This document shows, piece by piece, positions 10,421 through 19,573 of a stretch of DNA of 64,000 bases (its first letter is position 1; every line of letters begins with the position of its first letter). A model generated the notes under the pieces. That model saw only the letters and a list, made by a program, of their open reading frames with translations, had not been told where the DNA came from and did not search any database. The DNA comes from an uncultured Patescibacteria group bacterium (GTDB lineage: Bacteria > Patescibacteriota > Patescibacteriia > Veblenbacterales > UBA10138). The stretch lies in NCBI GenBank assembly GCA_937929825.1, contig CALFUV010000012.1:44-64043 (forward strand), read 5' to 3'. The position numbers were made by a program, and so were the translations under genes.

Positions 10421-11842
10421 TCAAATACAATTAGTAATTTTTGGATTGCAGGTTTTGGGCGGTAGATTAACTGGCTCTAGGTGATCAGATGAAGGTAAAA
10501 CTGTAAAGCTACCGGTGTACATACCCATAGAACAATGAAAGATCAACTGTCCTGAACGCTGGGGCGTAAATTCAATCACATTAAGACCGGGTTTGATAAA
10601 AGTATTAATATTATAGGCTGGTAATTGTAGTAAACTTTGACAACCATATGTATTAACGCCATTTATCTCCCAACGTACCGGCAAGCCAGCTTGTACAGTA
10701 AATCTATTGGGTGAATAGCCTCGCGCCACTACATCCATTTTTACAACTTGTGTCCGGCCATCCCAGAAAACGTTGGGGTCTGTTATAGTCACACCTTGAC
10801 GGCTGGTGGCAATTTTAAAATTATCACGAGCGGATGCTAGAACAATATTTAAACCAGCCAAATTCAAACCATAACCTAAATTTACCAAACCCAAAGCTAC
10901 CACTAAGACGCCAGCTATCGTAGCTATAAATGCTTGTTGCCTAACTTTAAACCAACTGGTTATTAACCCCAGTCCAACTAAGGCTGGTAGTGTACCTAAA
11001 GCAAAAACAAACATAATAATACCGCCCAGCATAGGCTTACCGATTGTTAAAACGTAAAGTTGCAAGGCTTGGGTAAAACCGCAAGGTAGAAAAAAAGTGG
11101 CTGCGCCTAAAAAGAATGGTGCCCAAGCTTTAGGGTTACCAGCCGCATCATGTAATTTATGGTAAATTAATTTAGGTGGACGAATACTTAGATGGGAAAA
11201 CCAAGGAAAAATATTCAAAAGTTTTAAACCTAAAATAATCATAGCTAAACTGGCTAACAAAGTAACAAAACCGTTAGCTCGCGATGATAATGTCAAGGCT
11301 GAACCTAATGCCCCTACAACCGCACCTAAAACAGCATAAGATACTAGCCTACCTATGTTAAAAAATATGTGAGGTCTAAATCTTTGCCAGCTATTACTGC
11401 TGGCGTGTTTTTTGGAATAATTAACGGAAATAGCCACTAACAAACCGCCAGTCACAGCCATACAACTGGATACAGCAGCTACTAAACCCATAACAAAAAC
11501 AACGATTAAAGAAAGATCTTGTCCAGCGCTTATATTAGGCGCTAAATTAAAACGACGAAATAAAACATAAATAGCCGTAATCACAAGTACTAACCCTCCC
11601 AAACGATACCAATTAAAAGCAACCGGCGTGCTAGTGGTCTTAATTTGATAACCATGATCCGCAATTCTTTGGTTAATAATGTTTATATCTGGTTCCTGTT
11701 GGCACCAAACCGATACCCAACCAGCACTATTAGCTTTAACCTTCTCTACTCCAGGTAAAATACGGAACTCGCGTTCTATAAACACTTCACAAGCTGAACA
11801 GTGCATACCAGAAACCTGATAAGTTTTTTTTATTAAAGACAT
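10421..11842 (-). CDS. Fusion protein: HMA domain + DsbD/CcdA-like membrane domain + C-terminal cupredoxin-like domain (putative copper handling)
   Basis: N-terminal 'GMHCSACEV' HMA domain. Polytopic core with conserved intramembrane Cys ('AAVSSCMAV', 'FFLPCGFTQ'). C-terminal beta-rich domain ending '[16 protein letters not shown]', which resembles the cupredoxin_1 copper site. Confidence 0.55.
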   Translation of the reverse strand: MSLIKKTYQVSGMHCSACEVFIEREFRILPGVEKVKANSAGWVSVWCQQEPDINIINQRIADHGYQIKTTSTPVAFNWYRLGGLVLVITAIYVLFRRFNLAPNISAGQDLSLIVVFVMGLVAAVSSCMAVTGGLLVAISVNYSKKHASSNSWQRFRPHIFFNIGRLVSYAVLGAVVGALGSALTLSSRANGFVTLLASLAMIILGLKLLNIFPWFSHLSIRPPKLIYHKLHDAAGNPKAWAPFFLGAATFFLPCGFTQALQLYVLTIGKPMLGGIIMFVFALGTLPALVGLGLITSWFKVRQQAFIATIAGVLVVALGLVNLGYGLNLAGLNIVLASARDNFKIATSRQGVTITDPNVFWDGRTQVVKMDVVARGYSPNRFTVQAGLPVRWEINGVNTYGCQSLLQLPAYNINTFIKPGLNVIEFTPQRSGQLIFHCSMGMYTGSFTVLPSSDHLEPVNLPPKTCNPKITNCI

Positions 11843-11848
11843 AAATAA

Positions 11849-12316
11849 TTATTTCTTACCCTGCCTATTTTTCTTAAACTCTCTGACACAACCTGCGCCG
11901 CAAAAATAATACCTTTTTCCACCAAAAAAATAACTTTGGGCTGCATTAGCTGGTGTTAATTTCATACCACAAATCGGATCTATAACTAATTGAAGAGAAT
12001 ATGCAGCGCGTGCTATCTCCCCGCCAAAAGTCTTCATCAATATAGCTCGCACCAATTCCAAAGCACGGGTAAAATTAGGATGAGCTAAACTATAATAAAT
12101 TTCCTTACCCCGACGCTTTGTTACTACCACACCTTGACGGCGTAAAACCATCAAATGTTGTGAAATATTAGCCTGTCTAATACCAAGCATTCTTTCCATT
12201 TGCGAAACAGTCAACTGTCCTTGACTTAAAAGCTGTGCCACCTCCAAACGTTTAGGATTAGCCAAAGCCTTCATCAATAGGGCTTGACGTTGGAAAACTT
12301 TTTGAAACATATTCAA
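11849..12316 (-). CDS. ArsR/SmtB-family metalloregulator with C-terminal TRASH/YHS metal-binding domain
   Basis: wHTH 'LANPKRLEVAQLL...ISQHLMVLRRQGVV' plus 'CGMKL...YYFCGAGC' (TRASH, Cys-rich). Confidence 0.7.
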   Translation of the reverse strand: MNMFQKVFQRQALLMKALANPKRLEVAQLLSQGQLTVSQMERMLGIRQANISQHLMVLRRQGVVVTKRRGKEIYYSLAHPNFTRALELVRAILMKTFGGEIARAAYSLQLVIDPICGMKLTPANAAQSYFFGGKRYYFCGAGCVREFKKNRQGKK

Positions 12317-12368
12317 TTATTAGAATATATAGTTTAAGATAAAATGTCAACAGCTATTAAAATTAATA

Positions 12369-12833
12369 TCACCTCAACCAAGGATATTTGCCCACCAATT
12401 TGGTACGCGACCACCAATTTTCAAAAGGATAAACTGCAATATAAACCATTAATAAAGCATATATAATATGCTCGTCTAGCAACGGATTATTTACCGGTGG
12501 CAATAAAGCCAAATACATTAATAACATCAAAATAACTCCCCCACCAGCCACCAAACGCAACATCACACCAAATATCAAACCCAAACCAATACCAAATAAA
12601 CCTAACATAAAAAGCCAATCAATAAATTGATTGCCGACTAGACTTTGGTAATACTGAACTAGCGGTCCACGGGTGGCAAATTGCAAAAAACCAGCTGTTG
12701 GTGAAGCTCCTGTCAACCAAGCCCGTTCAGGGGCCGTGGCAAATCCCAAACCAAAAAGTTTATCAAAAAAAGCCCAGAGAAAAATAAAACCTAAAGACAA
12801 GCGTAAAATGAATAGTATTTTTTTATGATTCAT
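12369..12833 (-). CDS. DoxX-family membrane protein
   Basis: 154 aa, 4 TM helices. 'RLSLGFIFLWAFFDKLFG' resembles the DoxX N-terminus. Confidence 0.5.
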   Translation of the reverse strand: MNHKKILFILRLSLGFIFLWAFFDKLFGLGFATAPERAWLTGASPTAGFLQFATRGPLVQYYQSLVGNQFIDWLFMLGLFGIGLGLIFGVMLRLVAGGGVILMLLMYLALLPPVNNPLLDEHIIYALLMVYIAVYPFENWWSRTKLVGKYPWLR

Positions 12834-12930
12834 ATATTTGCTTTATTTAATTAATCAAAAAGGCATTTAATTCTATCTACCACTTCATAATCTAATTTTC
12901 TTATCAATATTTTAATCATTATTTTACATC

Positions 12931-14412
12931 TTATGAAGATGATATTAAATCTGCGGCAATTCTGCCTGATTCTAAAATTGTCGGTAAACCGCTACCGGGA
13001 TGAGTTCCCCCGCCAACTAAATATAAATTATCCAAATCATTAAATTTATTATGGGGCCTTAAATACAGCATTTGTGAAACTGCATGCGCCAGGTTAAAAA
13101 CCGCGCCTTCATGGACATGAAGTTGATCACGCCAATCAAGGGGTGTAATTATTCTTTCCACCTCAATACGTTTACTAATATCTTTAATCTCAGTTCGCTG
13201 TTCAATCTTACTTATAATTAAATCACGATATGATTGCTTTTCTTTTTGCCAGTCTATATTAGCGCTCAAATTAGGTACCGGTACTAATACATAAATAGTG
13301 CTTTTATCGGGTGGAGCCAGAGTTTTGTCAGTCACACAAGCGTTTTGCAAATAAAAAGCCGGATCCTGCGGCAAGATTTTTAGTTTAGAAATTTCATCTA
13401 AGTTTCTTCGATAATCACTGCCAAAAAAAATATTATGATGAGGCAAATCAAAAGTCCCATCAATTCCCAAATACAACATAAAAGTAGAACAAGAATAAGA
13501 CATTTTTGCTAATTTATCATTATTAAAAGAAGGTCTATCTTCCTCATTCAATAAACTTTTCATACCATAAGCAAAATCGGTATTCATAATTACTTCATCA
13601 GCTAAAATTTTTTCACCGTCAGCTAATTCTAAACCTATAGCTCTACCATTATGCGTTAAAATTTTATTGACCTGTCGAGAAAGATGAATAACCCCGCCTT
13701 CTTCTTTTAATATCCTAGCCATTACTTGCGAAAGTTGATGCACTCCGCCGCGATAATGAGCTATACCATAAGCGTGTTCCATAAAAGGCAAAATAGTAAA
13801 AGTACCGGGACATTCCCAAGGAGACATACCTAAGTACTTAGCCTGAAAGGCCATAGACCATTTCAAATCTTCTGACTGGAAAAAGTCACTTAAAACAGAC
13901 ATAACAGAACGATGAGCTTGGATATATCTAAAAGCCTTAATAATTTTACTGTTAAAATAACTCCAAGGTGTTTGATATGGCATTTTCAAACAATCTATCA
14001 CCCGCTCTGTTTTTATTTTATGAAACTTAAACCATTTCTCATAACCTGACCATTCCCCGGGAAAAACTCTGTCAAATTCTTTTTTTAACTCAGTTTTATC
14101 ATAATGAACCACAAAATCCTTACCATTGCCATAACGCAATCGGTAAAGAATATTTAATTGTTTAATATCTAATTCCTTTTCATAAATTCGACCAGACAAA
14201 GAAAAAATATCAGCAAAAGCTTGAGGCAACATAACAAAAGTCGGGCCAACATCAAAAGTGTAACCCTGGACTTTTAAGGGCGAATTTCGTCCGCCAACTT
14301 CTGGCCGACGTTCAAAAATTTGAACACTGTGACCACGATGAGCCAAAATCATACCAGCAGCCAAACCTCCCGGCCCAGCGCCAATAATAGCGATTTTTTT
14401 CTTATTAAACAT
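12931..14412 (-). CDS. FAD-dependent oxidoreductase of the phytoene desaturase (CrtI) family
   Basis: Rossmann 'KIAIIGAGPGGLAAG...FERRPEVGGR'. C-terminal 'GGGTHPGSGLP' typical of the CrtI/amine-oxidase family. Confidence 0.7.
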   Translation of the reverse strand: MFNKKKIAIIGAGPGGLAAGMILAHRGHSVQIFERRPEVGGRNSPLKVQGYTFDVGPTFVMLPQAFADIFSLSGRIYEKELDIKQLNILYRLRYGNGKDFVVHYDKTELKKEFDRVFPGEWSGYEKWFKFHKIKTERVIDCLKMPYQTPWSYFNSKIIKAFRYIQAHRSVMSVLSDFFQSEDLKWSMAFQAKYLGMSPWECPGTFTILPFMEHAYGIAHYRGGVHQLSQVMARILKEEGGVIHLSRQVNKILTHNGRAIGLELADGEKILADEVIMNTDFAYGMKSLLNEEDRPSFNNDKLAKMSYSCSTFMLYLGIDGTFDLPHHNIFFGSDYRRNLDEISKLKILPQDPAFYLQNACVTDKTLAPPDKSTIYVLVPVPNLSANIDWQKEKQSYRDLIISKIEQRTEIKDISKRIEVERIITPLDWRDQLHVHEGAVFNLAHAVSQMLYLRPHNKFNDLDNLYLVGGGTHPGSGLPTILESGRIAADLISSS

Positions 14413-14417
14413 ATAAA

Positions 14418-15629
14418 TTAATCTTTAATAAATTTTTTAAATTCTTCTACATATCTGCGCATATCCGGCAAAAGAACAGCTTGTGGATTACAACGTAAAA
14501 CCATGCCATCTAAATACATGTGGCTTTTAATAATATCATACATCCCTGTACCAAATCTCATACCCATAATAACCCCCAATCTAATTGTCTCCATCATTTT
14601 TTGGGTGAGACTTACCTCACTTACACTAGCTCCTTTAAAACCTTCATATAATTTAAAAAATCTGACTTTAAATTCCTTAAATTTTTCTGGAGAAAGAACA
14701 ACTTCAGACATTGATTGTAAATACTCAGCCGACTGTTCGTAATCATATTGACTTAAGGCATCAAAAAAATTTAATAAACCAACTCGCAACTTTTTTTCCA
14801 CCTGGCCAATATAACCAGCATCAACAAAATAAAATTTATCGTTTTGTAAAATAATATTTCCAGGATGTATATCGCCATGGAAAATACCTTCAGCGTAAGT
14901 GTAAAAACCCTGAATTTTAAAAAATTCCAACAGTTGATCATATTTTAATTGTCTTTTCTCAAGAAGTTCATCTAAAGTTGGTCCGTTCAAAAATTCTGTA
15001 ACCAAAACTCTGCTATTAGAAAATTCTTCATAAACTACTGTTTTACCCAAATGTCTTAAATCAAAATAATCACGCCATTTGTCCGCAATATTTCCCAAAA
15101 GCTTATAGCCTCTGGCTTCATTTCTAAGATCAAGCTCTGCTAAGGTTGTTTTCTCAATTTGACCAATTAATTCACTGGGGTTAGCAACACCTTTTAATTT
15201 TGGATAAACTGCCAAAGCTATTTTTAATAAACGCCGTACTTGTTTAACTTCTTTTTTAAAATCACTAGCAACATCAGCTTTTAATAATTTTACAGCGACC
15301 TCTTGACCACTTGCTAAAACAGCCCTATGAACCTGTCCAACTGAAGCCGAAGCCACCGGTAAATTATTAAAAGAAATAAAATTATCTTTAAAACCAGGCG
15401 GCGCATTTTTACTCAATAATATCTCCACTTCAGTAACCGACACCGGTGTGGTACTACGGTAAAGTTTAGCCAAAGAACGACAAGCTTCCTCGCTTAAAAA
15501 ATCAGGCCTTAAGGCAAACATTTGCCCTATCTTTACAGCTAACAAACCGAGATTTTCTATCTTATTGGTATTAGGTATCGGCTGGCCGAATATTTCCCTG
15601 AGTAATTGATAAAATCTAATAGCATTCAT
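14418..15629 (-). CDS. ABC1/UbiB-family atypical protein kinase
   Basis: 'ASASVGQVHRAVLASGQEVAVKL' (ABC1 motif) and catalytic 'IHGDIHPGNIIL'. Confidence 0.75.
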   Translation of the reverse strand: MNAIRFYQLLREIFGQPIPNTNKIENLGLLAVKIGQMFALRPDFLSEEACRSLAKLYRSTTPVSVTEVEILLSKNAPPGFKDNFISFNNLPVASASVGQVHRAVLASGQEVAVKLLKADVASDFKKEVKQVRRLLKIALAVYPKLKGVANPSELIGQIEKTTLAELDLRNEARGYKLLGNIADKWRDYFDLRHLGKTVVYEEFSNSRVLVTEFLNGPTLDELLEKRQLKYDQLLEFFKIQGFYTYAEGIFHGDIHPGNIILQNDKFYFVDAGYIGQVEKKLRVGLLNFFDALSQYDYEQSAEYLQSMSEVVLSPEKFKEFKVRFFKLYEGFKGASVSEVSLTQKMMETIRLGVIMGMRFGTGMYDIIKSHMYLDGMVLRCNPQAVLLPDMRRYVEEFKKFIKD

Positions 15630-15757
15630 GTAGTAAATAAATTATATCATTACTGTAATTTTGTAAAATTAACATAAAGTGCACTTTATTTAAATTTACC
15701 AAAATGATATAATAAATAATAATAATTAACTTAATAATTTATTTATACAAAATATAT

Positions 15758-15979
15758 ATGCAAAAAAATATTGGCTCAACTGACAAAATTATTCGCCTTA
15801 TTATTGCTATATTCGCTGCTATCTTAGGTTATTTGATTAACCCTTGGTTTTACGTGTTAACAGTTATTGCTTTATTTACAGCTTTTATTGGCTGGTGTGG
15901 TTTATATCAATTATTGGGCATAAATACCTGTCCAATAAAATCAAATGATCAGATCAAGAATAATGAAGCCAATAAATAA
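15758..15979 (+). CDS. Small two-TM membrane protein, DUF2892/YgaP-like
   Basis: 73 aa. 'DKIIRLIIAI...GWCGLYQLLGINTC' pattern. Confidence 0.5.
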   Translation: MQKNIGSTDKIIRLIIAIFAAILGYLINPWFYVLTVIALFTAFIGWCGLYQLLGINTCPIKSNDQIKNNEANK

Positions 15980-15994
15980 TGTCACAATCTGTTA

Positions 15995-16780
15995 ATGTCA
16001 CAATCTGTTGAAATATTAAAATCACTTCTTAAAAAACAAGCCAAAATGGTTGCCATGCTGGCGCCTTCTTTTCCGATAGTCTATGAATATCCGCATATTA
16101 TAAACCAACTAAAAAAATTAGGATTTTCTTATGTAGTTGAGGTGGCGGCTGGAGCTAAAACAACCAACCAAGAAGTGCTTAAGGCTTTAAGTAGTGATCC
16201 AAAGGCTCGTTTTATTGCCAGCCCCTGCCCCAGTTTTGTTAGATTGGTAAGAACAAAATATCCCAAGCTGATTCCTTACTTAGCTTTGGCTGCTGATTCG
16301 CCTATGATAGCAACTGCCAAAATAGTGAAGAAAAAATATCCGGGTTATAAACCGGTATTTATTGGTCCATGCTTGGCAAAAAAATTGGAGGCTGGCGAAG
16401 ATTACCCTGAACTTGATATTTTAACTATTACTTATAAAGAGCTAAATGATTTGATTACAGAATTTGAGCTAGCAGATAAAGTGTATAAAAATACATTTGT
16501 TGATTTTGATATTAGCGAAAAATCTACTCGTCTATATCCAACCGATGGCGGCTTAACCGACACCAGCGGTTTAAAAAAAATTCTTAATCAGGAAGAAATA
16601 AGAATAGTTTCCGGCTGGCAAGAATGTTCACAAGCTTTGGAAGAATTTCAAAATAACACAAAAATCAGATTTATGGACGTACTTTTTTGTAAAGGGGGCT
16701 GTATTAATGGTCCGGGTATAGTAAGCGATCTTTCAATAGAAGAAAGAAAGAAAAAAATATTAGCCTTTGCTAATAAATAA
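15995..16780 (+). CDS. [FeFe]-hydrogenase H-cluster-domain-like protein, N-terminally truncated and lacking ferredoxin domains
   Basis: Matches the three H-cluster ligand motifs: L1 'IASPCPSF' (cf. TSCCP), L2 'FIGPCLAKKLE' (cf. MPCxxKxxE), L3 'FCKGGCINGPG' (cf. MACxGGCxxGG). Confidence 0.6.
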   Translation: MSQSVEILKSLLKKQAKMVAMLAPSFPIVYEYPHIINQLKKLGFSYVVEVAAGAKTTNQEVLKALSSDPKARFIASPCPSFVRLVRTKYPKLIPYLALAADSPMIATAKIVKKKYPGYKPVFIGPCLAKKLEAGEDYPELDILTITYKELNDLITEFELADKVYKNTFVDFDISEKSTRLYPTDGGLTDTSGLKKILNQEEIRIVSGWQECSQALEEFQNNTKIRFMDVLFCKGGCINGPGIVSDLSIEERKKKILAFANK

Positions 16781-16806
16781 AAATTCAATTCAGATTCCTA
16801 TTTAAT

Positions 16807-16840
16807 AAAAATCACTTCGCTTATTCATGAAGTGATTTTA
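16807..16840 (+). terminator. Rho-independent terminator after the hydrogenase-like gene
   Basis: Hairpin AAAAATCACTTC-(10 nt)-GAAGTGATTTT followed by T-run. Confidence 0.55.
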
Positions 16841-16914
16841 TGGCAGGGGCGGTAGGAATCGAACCCACGTCATCGGTTTTGGAGACCGAGGTCCTGCCAC
16901 TGAACGACGCCCCC
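16841..16914 (-). tRNA. tRNA-Trp (anticodon CCA)
   Basis: RC: GGGGCGT...anticodon loop CTCCAAA...GGTTCGATTCC...CCCCTGCCA. Confidence 0.8.
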
Positions 16915-16933
16915 AAATCTAAAAACAGCTAAA

Positions 16934-17089
16934 CTACTTGGTCTCCTTATGTAATATGTGTTTTTTACACCACTGGCAATGCTTACGTATTTCCAGTCGC
17001 GTTTTTACCTTCTTTTTATTACGAAAAGTATGATAAGTTACCCGATGGCAATCAGAACACTCAAGTTTAATCAAATTATCTTGTGACAT
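16934..17089 (-). CDS. rpmG: 50S ribosomal protein L33 (Zn-ribbon type), 51 aa; not in the ORF track
   Basis: Hand translation gives MSQDNLIKLECSDCHRVTYHTFRNKKKVKTRLEIRKHCQWCKKHILHKETK: CxxC...CxxC and a 'NKK..P.RLE..K.C..C..H..HKETK' signature. Sits in the classic thrT-rpmG-trpT arrangement. Confidence 0.8.
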   Translation of the reverse strand: MSQDNLIKLECSDCHRVTYHTFRNKKKVKTRLEIRKHCQWCKKHILHKETK

Positions 17090-17123
17090 AAATTTAATAA
17101 ATAATAACTATTAATATGAATAT

Positions 17124-17199
17124 TGGAGCCAGCGGTCGGATTTGAACCGACGACCTACTGTTTACAAAACAGTTGCTCTACCACTGAGCTACGCTGGCT
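17124..17199 (-). tRNA. tRNA-Thr (anticodon TGT)
   Basis: RC: AGCCAGCGTAGCTCAGTGGTAGAGC...loop TTTGTAA...GGTTCAAATCC...CTGGCTCCA. Confidence 0.8.
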
Positions 17200-17334
17200 A
17201 ATAGCACAGTTAATCAACATGGTGTGGCTTTACAACGCCGTTAGAAACTATTTTAGCAGAAATGTTTGAAAAAATTCAATCGCTCCGCCCTGCCGCCCAC
17301 GAATTGGCTTCAAAAAAGCCGTCTTGTTTTGTAG

Positions 17335-17421
17335 TGGTGGGTGGGGAGGGATTCGAACCCCCGAAGCCACGAGGGCAACTGGTTTACAGCCAGTCCCGTT
17401 TGACCACTTCGGTACCCACCC
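17335..17421 (-). tRNA. tRNA-Tyr (anticodon GTA), long variable arm
   Basis: RC: GGGTGGGTACCGAAGTGGTC...loop CTGTAAA...long extra arm...GGTTCGAATCC...CCCACCCACCA. Confidence 0.75.
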
Positions 17422-17565
17422 AAAAAATAATTAAACTTTATATTTTTATATTTAAGTTAACAGATATTTATTGACTAATATATTTAATCAGCTCTAAAAA
17501 CTTTTTACAATAATATAATTCGCTGATAGTTTTTACATGAATAGCCCTTAAGTTCATCTGCCCAG

Positions 17566-17638
17566 AGCCGTTGCGCGGATTTGAACCGCGGACCTACTCC
17601 TTACCATGGAGTTGCTCTACCAACTGAGCTACAACGGC
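17566..17638 (-). tRNA. tRNA-Thr (anticodon GGT), CCA not encoded
   Basis: RC: GCCGTTGTAGCTCAGTTGGTAGAGC...loop ATGGTAA...GGTTCAAATCC...CAACGGCT. Confidence 0.75.
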
Positions 17639-17766
17639 TCTGGGCAGACGTCACTTTTGCAAAATAACTGTCACCAATTTATTATTTTAAAAAACAATAC
17701 TTTATAATTAATTATCAATAAATATAATTATTAAGCTTAAATTAATAAAAATACACCAAGGTAAAA

Positions 17767-18708
17767 CTATTTTTTACCAACAGGTAAACCAAAATTAGTG
17801 CTGCGTTTTTTACGTAATACTTTTTGAGGTTTTTGCTTATCTTCCAAAATTCTAATCTCACGCGCAAACTCAGCAATTTTTTGATTATCTGGATTTGCTT
17901 GTTTTAAAGATTCCAAAGCTCGCCGCGCCTCGTTTGGTTGCCCATTCAATATACTGACTTCTATATAAAAGTCAAGTATCTTAGGATTCTGTGGCTCTAT
18001 TTTTAATGCCTCTTTAAGATATTTGATAGCTTGATTATAATCACCTAATTGCCTAAAAATATCAGCTAATTCCAATCTTGGCTGAACAACACTAGTAAGC
18101 TGTAAGGCGTTAATATATTCATCACGAGCTTCTTCAAGACGACCCTGCCCTGTAGCTGCTCGCGCCATACCTATACTTGATGCAGCTGCTCGTCCGTGCC
18201 TTAAGAGAAACTCATAAACTTCTCGAGCTGATTCATAGTCTCGCTGTTCAAGATATACTTCACCCAAACCATGATAAGCAGACAGTTGGCGTTTGTCTAG
18301 TTTGATGACTTCCAAATAAAATTTTTCCGCCTTTTCATAATCCTCCTTTTTTAGAGCAATTTCTGCTTCAGCTAAATAGTCAGCAATTGTTCTTTGCGGT
18401 GAATTTTTCTCATCTAAAGCCTGTTTTAAAAAATCTTCCAGCTCATTAAGTTTATGTAAGATTGATTTTGTTGAATTAACTGCGTTATGAAAATTATTAT
18501 TGGAACGGTTAAATAATCTTTGTCTAATTTTAATAAATTGTCTTTTTAAACGATTAGCAATTAACTGTAATCTTACATTTTGTTGCTCAAACTTGCTTAC
18601 CTCTGAAGGGTTGGTAATCCGCAATATCGGCAATTTGCGTATTATTAAAAATAATAAAGCCGCTAGCCCACTAATAATTAAAAAAAATAGGCTTATATTT
18701 ATTAACAT
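17767..18708 (-). CDS. TPR-repeat protein with N-terminal membrane anchor
   Basis: N-terminal TM helix, then several 34-aa TPR-like repeats ('YESAREVYEFLL', 'YNQAIKYLKEAL'). Confidence 0.6.
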   Translation of the reverse strand: MLINISLFFLIISGLAALLFLIIRKLPILRITNPSEVSKFEQQNVRLQLIANRLKRQFIKIRQRLFNRSNNNFHNAVNSTKSILHKLNELEDFLKQALDEKNSPQRTIADYLAEAEIALKKEDYEKAEKFYLEVIKLDKRQLSAYHGLGEVYLEQRDYESAREVYEFLLRHGRAAASSIGMARAATGQGRLEEARDEYINALQLTSVVQPRLELADIFRQLGDYNQAIKYLKEALKIEPQNPKILDFYIEVSILNGQPNEARRALESLKQANPDNQKIAEFAREIRILEDKQKPQKVLRKKRSTNFGLPVGKK

Positions 18709-18712
18709 TATT

Positions 18713-19570
18713 TTATTCGTTCAAACTTCTTAACTTATGCTCAACCATAGCTGACATGGCTTCAATAACCGGAGTAAAAATTTCCCGTAGATCATATTCT
18801 TTTTTTCTTTTCGATAGCTCCCAACGTAAAGCCGACAAATATACCATTCTAAGATCGGTGTCAATATTAACCACAGATACTCCTAAACCGGCTGCTTTCT
18901 TTAAATCAGATATCGGTACACCAGATCCGCCGTGAAGTACTAAGGGCACTTTGACTTCTTTATTTATTTTTGCCAAACGCTCAAAATCTATTTTAGGCAA
19001 ACGTCTAAATATCTTAATAGGTCCATGTAGGGTACCTACAGCCACACCTAAACTATCAACGCCTGTTAGTTTTACAAACTCTCTCGCCTGCATAGGATCA
19101 GTCATCAATTCATTATCAACCAATAAACGTTTATTCAGAGTGGTGCGTGGTTTTAAGGCGCCTACTTCTCCCTGAACTGCCACTCCGTGGTAATGTGCCA
19201 GCTTAACTACCTGCCTTGTCAGTCTAACATTTTGGGCAAAAGGTAAATCAGAACCATCTATCATAACTGAAGAAAACCCGGCTTTTATAGCCGCAGCACA
19301 TATTTCCAAGCTTTTTCCATGATCCAAATGAATGGCCATAGGCACCTTACCACCGGCTTCATTAGCAATAGTTTTTACCATAGCCACCATGGTATTAATA
19401 CCTATATATTCTAAAGATTTTGGGGTAATCTCAAATATTATCGGCTTATTTAATTTATATGCAGCACGCGCAATCGCTAAAGTGGTTTCTACATTAAGGG
19501 TATTAAACGCTACTACTATTTTTTTTTGACGATAAGCGTTATTAATTATTTTAGCGGCTGAAACAATCAT
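18713..19570 (-). CDS. fba: Class II fructose/tagatose-bisphosphate aldolase
   Basis: 'HLDHG' zinc ligands, 'HGGSG'. Overall class II aldolase layout at 285 aa. Confidence 0.8.
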   Translation of the reverse strand: MIVSAAKIINNAYRQKKIVVAFNTLNVETTLAIARAAYKLNKPIIFEITPKSLEYIGINTMVAMVKTIANEAGGKVPMAIHLDHGKSLEICAAAIKAGFSSVMIDGSDLPFAQNVRLTRQVVKLAHYHGVAVQGEVGALKPRTTLNKRLLVDNELMTDPMQAREFVKLTGVDSLGVAVGTLHGPIKIFRRLPKIDFERLAKINKEVKVPLVLHGGSGVPISDLKKAAGLGVSVVNIDTDLRMVYLSALRWELSKRKKEYDLREIFTPVIEAMSAMVEHKLRSLNE

Positions 19571-19573
19571 AAT

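Noticed and set aside
12317-12368. Possible operator upstream of the ArsR-TRASH regulator (TTATTAGAATATA / TAGTTTAAGATAA)
   Set aside because: Only a weak, gapped inverted repeat. It cannot be distinguished from AT-rich background.
17262-17474. 70-aa ORF spanning tRNA-Tyr
   Set aside because: It reads through the tRNA sequence and is a translation artefact.
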